A stretch of 63,913 bases of DNA, filler included, from Collodictyon triciliatum (GCA_043381765.1; 11 parts of 11 records of this genome joined end to end with filler, not necessarily neighbours in it); one strand, 5' to 3'; counted from the first letter of the whole stretch, positions 1-16,258 are shown. The notes: generated by a model from the letters alone, not told the origin. Numbers and translations are program-made.

Positions 1-25
1 ACACACAAAAAAGGGCAAAAAGGAA

Positions 26-97
26 TTCCGATACCGGGAATCGAACCCGGGTTGCGTGGGTGAAAGCCACGTGTGCTACCGACTACACCATATCGGA
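26..97 (-). tRNA. tRNA-Glu(TTC)
   Basis: Minus strand reads TCCGATATGGTGTAGTCGGTAGCACACGTGGCTTTCACCCACGCAACCCGGGTTCGATTCCCGGTATCGGAA: 7-bp acceptor stem, TTC anticodon loop, GTTCGA T-loop, followed by a T-run terminator. Confidence 0.95.
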
Positions 98-1049
98 TTT
101 TCTTGGAGTTTCAATGATTAATAATATAATTTAATATTATGCTATTCGTTTTCTTGTTTTCTGCGAGTGTGTGCTTTTCAGCCCTTCACTGCCCGGTTTC
201 TATGCGCTCCAAACACACAGACTTGATTATAACATCTCCAGCCATTTTCTTGAAAAGATGAGAGTGTTTTGTGGTATGCGGCCACAGCCAAGACAAAGAA
301 AGGAGGCGGGAATCTGTCTCTTTTTTTTTTTTCTTGCGGTGTATTGAACAATTCGTACCACATATCTCTTCGCTCAAAATGCATTGGATCGTTTAACAAA
401 GAAAAAACAAAGGATGGAGCGGTATGTATGACGAGTACATCATCCAGCGGCTTCTTGGCGCTTTCCTTCTCGACGGGGACACCATCGGCCTTCATCAAGT
501 GTGCCTTAGAGTACCTCTCTCTAACAACTAATACGACTCTTGCGGAAATATGCGTCACTTGCCATTCTTGTCCGCCAATTGTTCTCCAGGGGGTGACGGG
601 GTTTGCGCGCGGCTGGCTTTTGTGACACACGTTATATATAAACTACAAAAATGCAAAATCAGACAACAAAACACAGAATGAAAAATCGCAACATCAGCCA
701 GGATTTGCATGGTTGACGCGGTCACATCGACCTATCGCGCACGACCACAAGGTGTTCCTGCATTATCCCTGCATGCTTAATCTCAACCCAATTCAACCCA
801 AACCCGTGGCAAACCAAACGAAGCGCGGCCTGTCAACCGCGCGACACAACGTACTCTCACCACGAAAATTGAGCCGCGATGACGCACGAAACGTGCGATC
901 ACACAGAACACAAAGCCACCGAGCGAGAAGGAAAGAGACAAAGACAAGGAGGTGAAGGAGTGAACAACGCTAAAGACAATCCCAGCCAGCACTCACCACA
1001 ACCTTTCTGCCCAACCAACCAACCGACCAACCGACCACCGTCCTTTGCC

Positions 1050-2384
1050 ATGGCTACTGCGGTGCTTCGCCGAACTGCCCTGCTCCTTCCTGGCCTTTCG
1101 CGACTCGTCCCGCTGCAACGCGCACACTCTGCCCTGCGCAACACACACGCCCGGCAGCCGACCGGCAAGGACGCAGCAATGGCCGAGACGAGCACGGAGA
1201 CTGCCGGACGCGTGTGCGTGGTGGGCGGGATCTTCATGGACCTTGTGATCACGACGCAGCGCCGGCCCAACGCGGGAGAGACACTCGTGGGGGAGTCCTT
1301 CGGCATGTTCATCGGGGGTAAGGGCTGCAACCAGGCGATCGCGGCGCAGCGCATGGGGGCGCAAACGGTGAGTCCCCGCCTCTTATCTGCCGACCGATGT
1401 GCTTGTGCCTGTGCTTGTGCTTGTGCAGGCCTCACCAACCCGACCGACTGCAGACCATGATCGGGCGCGTCGGCACGGACGGGTTCGGAGACCAGATTGT
1501 GGAGAAGCTGGGGGGCTTCGGGCTGAACACGCGGTGCATCGTCAGGGACGCGGAGAGCGGGACGGGGATAGGTAAGGAGCCGCTGCGGCGGTGTGCGTTG
1601 TGGGGAGGGGACGAGCATGTGGCGGCACAGGGGCACTGACAGCGTCTCTGCACACGCCGCAGGAAACCCGATTGTGGAGGCGGGCGGGCAGAACTCGATC
1701 ATCGTGGTGCCGCAGGCGAGCGGGCGCGTGTGCGCCGAGGACATGGACGGGGCGGAGACGCGCCGGGCGCTTGCCGACGCGGCGGTGGTTGTGGCGCAGT
1801 TTGAGACGCCGGCGGAGGCGTCTGTGCGGGCGGCGGAGGCGGTGCGGCGGGCGGGCGGGGCGGTGGTTGTGAACGCGGCGCCGATCCCGCCGGCCCTGGG
1901 CGACGCGCACCGGCGGCTGATTGCGCTGGCGTCCGTGCTGGTGGTCAACGAGATCGAGGCTGCGCAGCTGGGACGCGCCTACGCCGGGGGCGATGCTGCG
2001 GATGATGCGCCGCCCGCCACGGTGGGGCAGGCCGTCGGGCTGGGCATGCGGCTGCGCGACGCCACGCGCGTGCCCGTCCTGGTGGTGACGCTCGGCGCGC
2101 TCGGCCTCGTGGCCCTGGACGAGACCGGCGTCACGCACCTGGCTGCACACCCCGTCTCCGTCGTCGACACCACCGCCGCCGGCGACGCCTTTGTCGGCGC
2201 ACTCGCCGCAGCCCTCGCCGCCCGCCGCCCCCTCTGCGACGCCCTTGCGCTCGGCAACGCCGCCGGTGCCCTTGCCGTCACGGTTGTCGGCGCAGAGCCC
2301 AGCCTCCCCTCCGCCGCCGCCGTCCATGCCTTCCTCACCCGCGGCCACGTCCACTCCGACGTCGTCCCCGTCGCCATGCCCTGA
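1050..2384 (+). CDS. RBKS: Ribokinase (PfkB family), 3 exons (introns 1368-1453, 1572-1662), with possible N-terminal targeting peptide
   Basis: Motifs GGKGCNQAIAAQRMG, IGRVGTDGFG, NSIIVV, VVNEIEA, DTTAAGDAFVGALA. GT-AG introns join the frames; second in-frame ATG at 1179. Confidence 0.92.
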
Positions 2385-2473
2385 CCCGGCCCGACGCGCA
2401 AATAAACACACCTGCAAATCAGAAGCTGGCTGTTTGGACTCACCAGAAGACTCCCCAGAAGCAGGACGCCCCC

Positions 2474-5413
<2,940 letters not shown>

Positions 5414-5728
5414 AACCTCGGGTGCTCTGCCCTTGCGTCCTTCCCTCCGCCCTGTGCCCGAAAGGCAACGCACATCCTCCACATTTGCACAGGAACCGCA
5501 CGTGCACTTGTCTATTGCTGGAATTTATATCCTGAACTTCTGCTAAACGATAACGTGCACAATTTTCGCCTTGATGGTGAGAAATTTGACTTTGCATGCG
5601 AATATTTGGAGGGTTGTTGTAACTGTGTGGCGCTGGCCTCTTTGGGTCATTCACCTGCCAGCTTGCAGTTTTTGTTCGGGCTGACATATCGCTTTAAAAA
5701 AAAAAAAACAAAAAAAAAACAAAAAACA

Positions 5729-5828
5729 NNNNNNNNNNNNNNNNNNNNNNNNNNNNNNNNNNNNNNNNNNNNTTAATTAATTAANNNNNNNNNNNNNNNN
5801 NNNNNNNNNNNNNNNNNNNNNNNNNNNN
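5729..5828. other. Artificial contig linker (N-run/TTAATTAATTAA/N-run); also at 11556, 17381, 23204, 29027, 34846, 40663, 46477, 52291, 58105
   Basis: The same 100-nt linker with all-frame stops occurs ten times; contig lengths decrease steadily (~5.73 to ~5.71 kb). Confidence 0.98.
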
Positions 5829-6781
<953 letters not shown>

Positions 6782-7145
6782 CTTCAGTGAACTATTTTTG
6801 CCTTGTTGTGTATGTTTAGTTTTCTATTTTATCATCTGTCTTTTTGTGTCGAATGTACGCCCTTTTTTCTTTCTCCTGTAGGCATATCATATCTTCTTTG
6901 CTGTCTCTTCTTTTAGTTTGTCGTGTTTTGTTTTGCGTGTGCGTGACTTGATTTCTGATCGGTTCTTTCTGGTTGCACTGGTGTTGCAAAGGCAGGTAGC
7001 AGAAGGAATTTGACAGGTTCTAATGCACCACGAGAAGTACGACGAACTAAATTGGAAGACATGCCAGTTCGGGATGATGGACACTTTGAATCAGAGACCA
7101 GCTTGTCTAAGATTTTTCTTTTCCTTCCTTCTTTATTGCAGTCAG

Positions 7146-7265
7146 CTAGAAGGAGTATACCAATCGAAAGAATGGTAAACCTGGTGCGCTAGTATCCAAG
7201 GTCTCACCACCTTTTTCGCAGATATTGTGTGGCGGTGAAGGCTGCCAGGAAAGACCCGACAGCCT
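7146..7265 (-). ncRNA. Candidate Fanzor omegaRNA scaffold
   Basis: Four back-to-back stem-loops (7239-7265, 7204-7238, 7178-7203, 7158-7177) just downstream of the Fanzor frame, with G-U pairs that form only on the Fanzor sense strand. Confidence 0.6.
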
Positions 7266-7299
7266 GTTTTTTAGAGATAGGTGATGCATATTTTGAAGA

Positions 7300-9183
7300 T
7301 TAAAAAAACTTGAGTATATTTTTAGCGCTGTTAAAGTCCCTTGTCAAGAATACAGTTTATTTGCTTTCTGAGCGATGGCATTCTTTACATATGAGACATT
7401 TATACATCTTTTTTGAACTTCCTTTCAGTTTGATATGTTCCAGTTCTTTTTCGCAGCTGCAGCACATCTTGGAGGTTCTAAATACATTTACACTAACTGC
7501 TTCAAAACGTTTGGTTAGTATTTTTATAATCCTCTTCCGATTGTTGGCATATAAAGGTCTCATCGGACATTTTCTGCTCCAGTCTCCACACGTCAGTACA
7601 ACATCCTTGCCAAATGTCTTTTTGATTCGATTCATAGACAATTCTTCACTTGTTTTTGTATGAACATACTGCCTCCATCTCATCTTTGGAAAAGTTACTT
7701 GTTCATAAAAATGTGGATAGTTCTATCTGGTATCTTGATTTCATATATACATATTTCGAAATTATTCATAATCGACAGCGCATGAATTATGGTTACTCAG
7801 TTCTGTCTCTAAATCGATTAAAGATAGTCTCGATATCTCAAACCGCTGATTCTCTTCAAAAGTCCTGTAACCAAAAGAAACAGCACTTTGCAAATCTGTT
7901 GCCATCCATATCCCTAAGAATTGTATTATTTTTCTCGCACAAGAGTATTTTACGATTTTATAGAGATTTGCTACCATGTCTTTGGTGTCCGTGTAACATA
8001 ATTTCATACCTGTCTCATCCACCACGTAAACAAAATTAAACTTGCCTGAGTCCAATCCAACTTTTTTTTTTGTCGCTAATGAAGATAACTGCTGTTCGGA
8101 AAGTTCATCTATATAACCATATTCTTGTGTTTTGTTTTGATTATATATGGATTTTGAATTTGAAATACCTTTCTTTTGAAAGAATAATGACACCGCCAAG
8201 CCGTCTGTTCGTATCATATATTTAAAATCGTGGTCTCTTTGATGAAAGACTTTCTTCTTCATTTCAAAGAACTCATCTCGAAGTGTCTCTTTGCATCCTG
8301 ATATATTCTTCATTGATAATGTTTTTCCAGCTGACACTAATAGATATATCAAACATGCAGTATCTGGAGTAATATGACATGGTATATTATTAGTTCTTAC
8401 AAAAATTGGTTAAAGCAGTTTGGTTCCAATGCCCTCAAAAATGCAATTCATCTAAAACAGACACGGAATGTACTTATTTGGGTTGACTTTGACGACATAT
8501 TTGATAGCTTTTACAATATCGTTGGGAATGATATGATGCAAATGCGTTGTAGCCCATCCTTTAAATTGTTCTGGTATGTCGAGATTCATGAATATGGGTT
8601 TTTTTTTTTAACTTTCGTAACTCTGCCTTCTTAATAGCTTCCGTCATATTCTCATCTTTAGGAGCTGTTTAATTTATAAAGCGCAGTAACCTATTTACGA
8701 AATGTTTGTCAATGTTTTTTTTCTCCTTTATTCGATTCAAAGAAATGTTTGTCAATGTTATTATGATAAGCTGTTAACATTTACTTCGCCAAGTACGGGG
8801 ATACATGAGAATGTCCAACCAACGGAGGGCGTTCTTCTCGGGACAAAAGGAATCGAAAATCACTGAGATAAAAATCATCATACCATCTCTCATATCTGGT
8901 TTTTTAAACTTGTGGGTCTATCTTGTGAAACTACTCCAACTGTCTTAAAAGCGTACAAAAAAACATTGTCATCAATTGTTGGGAGTGGTTGTGATTTCAA
9001 TATGTAACATCTTGCAAACAGATAGGTGTCAGTAACCAAAGTATGACACAATAAAACTGTATCGTTGACTTTGTCATAGTCATCCGCATTCTTTACAATC
9101 GACTTTAGAGATGTTTTCACATTTTGATAGTCTGGTTTTACAGACTTAAGATTCTCAAACTCAAGCCGTTTTCTTTTCTTCAC
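7300..9183 (-). pseudogene. Fanzor1 (eukaryotic TnpB-family RuvC nuclease), frameshifted and nonsense-disrupted
   Basis: Ordered motifs: N-terminal KTSLKSI...TDTYLF; YHNNIDKHF..RLLRFIN; IRTDGLAVS; RuvC-I VGLDSG; GDWS; RuvC-II N(E>V)FRTSKMCCSC; CKEC zinc finger; RuvC-III TRDFNSAKNI after an in-frame TAA at 7357. Confidence 0.88.
8699..8759 (-). mobile_element. Micro retro-insertion, family A, inside the Fanzor frame
   Basis: 18-bp TSD GAAATGTTTGTCAATGTT (8699-8716, 8742-8759) around minus-strand TTTGAATCGAATAAAGGAG(A)n. Confidence 0.85.
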
Positions 9184-10626
9184 CAGAAAGTCTTTGTTTT
9201 ACTTTTTCCTTTAAAAAACCACCGAGTTTTCAATTTTAATAAAACTCTAGTCAATCAGTCTATTTGATAATAAAAAACAGCATCAAATCAATTTATGTAT
9301 AATTAAGCATCTACCAAGACTCTCAAAATGTGCGCATTGTGGCAAACAAACGCACAAAGTTTTTTTTTTTACAAGTGATTTGAGACAAAACGCTGAGAGC
9401 CTATTCGGCGAGTTCGAAATGACGGCTGTATAGCAATTGTAACTGAAAGTCAACATATCGGCCTAAACAACATGATTAACAGCGCAAGTGTGGGTTGGAT
9501 GGTTTTTGGAATGCATGTTTGCTGGCAGGTTTATTGGGTGGGTTCTGCCTAGGCCAACGCAAGGACTTGTTTGTATTTTTTGAATTTTAATGCGATAATA
9601 TTACATAAATGAAAACAAAGTATAAATTGATTATATGAATAAAATGAGATTATTAAGTATTTTTAATCTGATTGTATATACTAATATACTATTACATTAT
9701 TCAGGTTTTTTCTTGGATTCATCAAAGCTTCTGCTTTCGTCAATCCAGATTTAATTCGATGGTTGTCTGTGCAATAAACTGCTATATATGGTTACACTCG
9801 TTGTATAAAAGTGTTGTGCCTTGAAAGGGATAAAACCAAGTTCGTCACAGCCTTTGTAATGAAGTTTATCCATTTACCAGCCGAATGAGACCGAAAAAAA
9901 AAGGAAAAATGAAAAGTAAAAAGAAAGAAAACAAAAAAAAATTGAAAAAGAAAAGATAAATGAATCAGAGCAACTAATTCTGAGCATTATGTTCATACTT
10001 ATCTTGCTACCCGTGTTTCGATGGCTAGAGCTCGATCGATTTTTCTATTCCCCTTTATTATTATCATTATGATTATTATTATTGTTTCAAAGAGTTCACT
10101 CTGTCTTATTAGTAGTTTGCTGTACTCACGGGTCGGTGTTCGCTGGCGTCCTGATCGTCGGTGTGTCTCTGTGCACAACCTGTGTTATGAAGGATGCGGT
10201 AAAGTGACCCTTTTGCTCTCTGTGTTGGCTGCGTCGGCCTTCCTGGTTTGCGTACGGTCAGTAGGCATTCAATGGCGCAGAGCTGTGGCGTCGGTCTCCT
10301 GATTAACGGTCTCGTCCTTCTCAGGATTCCTCTTTCCGATCACTTTCTGTTTTTTTGTTTGTTTTTTCGGCTTCAGGACATGCTGGGTTGGCAGAAGAAA
10401 GAAAGAACCCGAGTGTAATATGATTATTTTATGAAGATTGTGTCCTTTTTTTCTCTGTCGGTGTTTAATATTTCTCAGCAAAGGGAACTTTTTCTTATTC
10501 ATATCGTGTTTTTTTTATTGTTCCTCTCGGCTCTGTCTCTCCTTGTGTGATCACCACATTTATTCGTATTGCAATTAATATAATTTGATCAGTCTTTGGC
10601 CTGGGTTGGAACATTGGCTCACTTCA

Positions 10627-10790
10627 CAAACAAATAAACAAATAAACAAACAAACGAACAAACAAACGAACAAACAAACAAACGAACAAACAAATAAACA
10701 AACAAACAAACAAACAAACAAACAAACAAACAAACAAACAAACAAACAAACAAACAAACAAACAAACAAACAAACAAACAAACAAACAAA
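10627..10790. repeat. (AAAC)n microsatellite
   Basis: Direct inspection. Confidence 0.95.
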
Positions 10791-11235
10791 GGATGCCAAC
10801 TTATTGCAGGCAATACATAACACGCATTGTCCTTCACAGGAGCGCGCAGAGCTTTTGTTTACGCATTTTAATTTTTTATTTCGGTTTTTCATCTGATTGT
10901 TTCAGTATTTTATTTGCTTTTATATATTTATATGGTTATTTATTTTTGTTGGATTACTTTGTGCTGTCTTTCTACAAAACTTTCGCTGTTTGAGTTCCAC
11001 AACTCTATTTTTTTTTCGGTGCCCAAAACAACAGTTCCGCGCGTATACTTTTCATTGAAACGTACTCTTGACAGAAAAAAAAAGCAGCATAATGTTGTTT
11101 TCCCCCGTCTCCTTATCTTCAAATAGAATAAAGAAACTTAAGCAAAGCAAAGCAAAGCAAAGCAAAGAATAATAATATTCACAAAGACCATCTTTCGGTT
11201 TATTGCTTCGCTCAACATTCCTTTGCCTTCAGCAG

Positions 11236-11335
11236 ATGAGACTTTCGTGGAAGACTCTTCTGGCGGCTTCGGTTTTGATCGCTGCCGTTGCCTGGTGCAT
11301 CCCACTCATGGACGCACAAGAAAAGCCCGAACATC
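11236..11335 (+). CDS. Possible first exon of a secreted protein (signal peptide), truncated by contig end
   Basis: MRLSWKTLLAASVLIAAVAWC followed by a GTATGA donor. Confidence 0.3.
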
Positions 11336-11454
11336 GTATGACTTTTCTTTTATCGGATACTTGGCCTTCTTCCGGACAGCATCAGCCTTCTTCCTTCTGC
11401 TAGATGCCAAAATAATAACAATAATTTTTTTTATTACAACACAATACCAACAAC

Positions 11455-11555
11455 AAAAACCAAAAACCAAAAACCAAAAACCAAAAACCAAAAACCAAAA
11501 ACCAAAAACCAAAAACCAAAAACCAAAAACCAAAAACCAAAAACCAAAAACCAAA
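11455..11555. repeat. (AAAAACC)n 7-mer tandem repeat
   Basis: Direct inspection. Confidence 0.95.
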
Positions 11556-11695
11556 NNNNNNNNNNNNNNNNNNNNNNNNNNNNNNNNNNNNNNNNNNNNT
11601 TAATTAATTAANNNNNNNNNNNNNNNNNNNNNNNNNNNNNNNNNNNNNNNNNNNNAAGTAGAGTAGAGTAGAGTAGAAACAACAACAACAACAAC

Positions 11696-11798
<103 letters not shown>

Positions 11799-11819
11799 GT
11801 AAATAAATAAATAAAGTAT

Positions 11820-14800
11820 TTTACTTTCTGAAGCTCATCAGAGGTATGCGATGTTAGAATAACGTTCATATTTGCCGAAATTTGTGAAATCCAGTCGAGT
11901 TTTTGAGGACAGGAGCTGATTTCACATGGAGAGAGATCATCAAATCCGTCAATTAGGACAACGTACTTTGACCTAGGATAATAATCATTGAAATATAATT
12001 CCCTAAGGAGTTATGTGTTTTCTCCTAAATACTATTGTTTGAAATTTTATTTTATCTTCACCCAGGGTCACCAGCTGTCTTATGGCACAATAATTTGAAA
12101 CTGTCTATCGTTGGAGATTCCGCTATTTCCGAAAAATTATATGCCAATTAGTCTGACTTTTATATTATTGTTATTATTAAGAAAAATTGGGTCAAATCTA
12201 TGAAAGTAATGACATACTGTGCAATCCATAAGCATTTAGGAGATATCGGAAAAAGCTGATAATTTTTTTTTGATAAATACATGAATAAATGAATGAAGCG
12301 AGTTATATCTGAAGAAGAAAACGTGAACTACATGCTATTTATGAATTTGAAGATAAATGTCGCTTTATATTTACTCACTGCGACAAACTGTTTCCTCTCC
12401 AACCATGAGCTACAAAATAATCGATAACTTTGTAGCCTTCTTCAAGTTTCAGTTTGGAAGCCAGGGCAGACATTAAGAAAGTCTTACCACAACCTGCTCT
12501 CAAGATAATTAGAAAAATGAGAAATAGAAATAAAAGAAAGCAAAAGGTAAACCATGACAACAAGAAAAGGGTAGAAACTACAATGAATTCAAGTGCGCAG
12601 GAAAAAAAGAGAGCAGTATTTGCATTCGCATATCTTATAACCTTTGGAGCCATGTAATATAATAGGCTTTCGATCACTTGGCATTGACGTTACCTTTAGA
12701 CATAAACAATGTATATTTATTTAAATAGTCTAATTTCTAGAATGGCTCCTTTTTTTTTTTTTGATGTGTTATTAATTTATAGGGAATTATACTAGGTGCA
12801 TGAGATTCTCCATAATGTAATCCCTTTCAACATAATACTGCTTGACGTGGATATGGAGTAAACGATTGTGCATATTTTGTTGCTCAGTTATCTAAAATTA
12901 AATGTGAGTCTTCTGATAATCATCAAAAATTCAAAAGGATGACTCTATCATAATACAAAAAAAAAAAGAGGGAAAAAACAATCAAGGCTGTTTCTATCAA
13001 ATTTCTTTACCGATTTTTCATCTCCTAAATCCTGAACAATCGCAGTCTTAAGATTCCTTAAGGACTTAATACACAGTTGCTGGATATTCTCATACGAAAC
13101 ATAACAAAATGACTCATGACTGACAACGTCTCTGAATTCTTTTTGTTTCAAGTCCTGTGCCATGAAGAAAAAAACAAAGTGAATGTAAACTGCGTTTTCA
13201 AAGACTTTGAGATGGAATAATATACTAAATTCTTTGTCTGAGAAATGTGTTTTTACACCGAATACTACCTCCTTCCCTACAGATTTCTCCCTAGAGTATA
13301 TAATCATCCTTGACACAGTACACCATTTCTCTGAAAGGATAAGTCTGATCTATTCATCGAATCAGAGATTAAGAAAAGGAAGGGCACGAGCATACCGATA
13401 GCTGGTATACAGTATACTTTGTATCTTTTACCTTCCCATAACGATCCAAGTTAAAACTATATGCATAACAAGACATAAAAGCAAGAGAAAAATACTACCA
13501 AATCATATATTATAAAAAATAAAGTAAAGCGTTTTTTTCTCCATCGACGAATTAACATAATCAAATATATATATTCAGGCATACTTACCTCTATTTCGTT
13601 CAAGCTCTTTTCAAGGCACGATTCAAGAAATTTGTATCTTTCTTTCTTGAATAGCATCAGTCTTGATAAAGATTCTTGAGGAGGAACCCATCCATAGCTT
13701 AAACATGATTTTATGTTAGCGATGGAAAAAAAAACATATTTTTATATATTTAAACCACACTGAACGTTCTTTAAGTCCGTGTTGAAGAACAAAAGATAAT
13801 ACTTATCGTATATGTTAAAAAAAACTGCATGCAAAGCAATAAACAATAAAATATTCGGTATAGAGTTGGTTTGTTACTCCACCAATCGCCTATGAAAGTA
13901 ATGTAGTAATCACAGTTTGCGATAGAATCCAATATAAAATCCCAAATCTAGTTATTTTGACGTGACTAATCTCCACATATATTAGGGTTATATACATTTC
14001 TTTGAAGGGTGTTTATACCTAACGAATTTTTTATTGCAATTCCAAATAAAAGTGAAGAGAAAAAACCTTTTCTTCATCCTGTAGTGTTTCTTTTATCATA
14101 CCAACATCAGAATACACAAGCTCGAATCCAACATTAGCTTTGGCACAGTGCTCCTTTAGCCTAATATCCCATTAATAATATTACTATAAGCAATATGAGG
14201 TAAATTATATCGAATACACACATGCATACATGATAAATAAAATTACTTAAGCTCTGTAGATATAGATTTTTTTTATTTTATTTAGAGTACCAAACCAAAT
14301 TATTAAAAAGCTTAAACAGTAACCTTGGAATGGTGAATTCGCGAAAGTAGTTGAAATCGTCTACCAGATCCACATCGTGACAAGACACAAACAAACGAAG
14401 TACTCGTTCAGTGACCGACTTTATGCTGACCGGCTTCACAAAACTCGCCTTAGTTTGGAAAAAAGTTGAAATGGATTGAAATAGGCGACATACCGAAGAT
14501 ATTGTAGATTGGAAAATAATTTCCTTAAAAATATTCTTAAACATTGTTAAAGCTAGACACAAAGTCAGATAAAGAGGAGAACGAAAAAAACTTGTGAAAA
14601 AAACTCATGGTTACATGGCATGTCTAAAAAAGAAGATAATTCATCAAATCACCACACAACGAGGATATGTTCCTTAATGTTTTCTTTCATTTAAAGAAAT
14701 ATACGATATTGATAAAAAAAAAAGCAAAGCAATAATACTAGAATACCACCAAAATTAGAATTTTTTTTTTAAAAAAAAACAAGGAAAAGGCGATATACTT

Positions 14801-15449
14801 GAAAAAACAAATCCACTGGTGCAACTTCGGCCGTTGTAGCGATAGACACAACAGATGCCTCCATGCCACGTTCTGACGGTTCTATGAGATAATACTGGGA
14901 CCTTTCCGAGTCGCGTTCGGGGTGAACAAACAAATGAACAGCGCCATTTGAAGACGCGGCCTTGTGAGAGAAGAATGACGCGGTAGTTGGTGGAGGAATC
15001 GGCGAGAGAGCCGAGCCAACCATCGGGGACGGATTCGGGGTGGAGGTCAGCGAAATGCCCGGAGATGGACCACGCGAGCTGAGACCCGATTCATCGCCCA
15101 GCGTGGTACTTGGGCGTCGAGCACTGGCCGGTGTTTGCAGCAAGGCGAGACGATCGGCTGACAAGCCTGTGGACAAGCGCCGACTGGACCGACGCGAGCC
15201 TAGTTGAAAGGCGTGGATTCCTGGCGCAGATAATCCGTCTGCATCTGAGTGTGAAGCTGCTCCAACTGCGGCCTTGCGAGTCTGCTCAGAGCCGTGGATT
15301 TCGATGGGGCTTCGGGGAATCTGTCTGTTGCCCTTGGGCAATGGTTTCCCCTTTGAAGCAGGTGGCGTTTTCTCGGTTTCTCTGCTTGGAATTGCGTGGT
15401 ATGATGATGGAGACGACGATGTCTTGCGGCGGCTGATTCCGCAACCCAT
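11820..15449 (-). CDS. DUF4062/NPHP3-like + NACHT STAND NTPase, multi-exon, 3'-truncated
   Basis: MGCGIS lipidation-type N-terminus; VLRLFVSCHDVD..FREFTIPRL (DUF4062-like); Walker A AGCGKTFLMS (~12480); Walker B YVVLIDGFDDL (~11950). Confidence 0.7.
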
Positions 15450-15484
15450 CCGTGCTTAATCTGATTCGCGCCACGAAGGCGGAA

Positions 15485-15596
15485 AATAAATAGATAAATA
15501 GATAAATAGATAAATAGATAAATAGATAAATAGATAAATAGATAAATAGATAAATAGATAAATAGATAAATAGATAAATAGATAAATAGATAAATA
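15485..15596. repeat. (AAATAGAT)n tandem repeat
   Basis: Direct inspection. Confidence 0.95.
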
Positions 15597-16258
15597 GGAA
15601 AATAAACGTATATATATATAGATAAGGTGGGAGTGAACTGAAAAAATGAGACAAATGGGAGTCAGAAGGTGGGGTTTCATCGGGGACACCGTTTGAGCGT
15701 TTGTCATGCGCATGCTGAGGGATAGCCTCCCGTTCAGTCGGTGGACATAATGTTTGGTTTTTGTGATTTTCTTGGAGTGGATTTTGCAGCTTGTGGCGTT
15801 CGGCCTGCGTTGGGACTCTCATTGCCTGTTTTTTTTTTTTTTTTTCTCTCTTTTTTTCGTCTTTTCTTCTTGCTTTTTTCTTGAAATTACAGCGAGTATG
15901 GCTACCTGGTAAACAACCACAAAAGCCACCCCCTCGTGACGCAAAACATGCGAACACAAGACACCCGCTTTTCCACAATAAGAAACTAATTAAAATACCA
16001 TACATATATATGGCTTAATTTGTTACCGTGTATTTTGAACGGGAGCTCGACCTTTCTGGTTGCTTTCACAGAGGATGGGGTTGTCTTGTCTCGAAGGCAG
16101 CAGCCACGCACAAAGCACTTCACAGCAGAACAGGGTAAGCAGAGCCAAGGGAGTCAAAAGAAGAGGTAGGTGAGAATAGAAGGTACACAAGTACAGCAAA
16201 CACAGAAAAGAAAAAAAAAAGAAGGAAGAGAAGGAAGCACGCTCGGCAACTGGACAAG

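Noticed and set aside
178-630. Small minus-strand ORFs next to the tRNA
   Set aside because: May be a short spliced gene, but no family is recognisable and the exon structure is ambiguous.
5773-5784. TTAATTAATTAA recurring every ~5.8 kb
   Set aside because: Artificial linker between N-runs; the periodicity reflects length-sorted contigs.
6782-7084. In-frame TGA/TAG upstream of the Q-rich ORF suggesting stop-codon reassignment
   Set aside because: Conserved genes in the window use standard stops and show no internal stops in their exons.
11455-11555. (AAAAACC)n at a contig end as a telomere
   Set aside because: Most contigs end in some simple repeat, each different; this is an assembly break.
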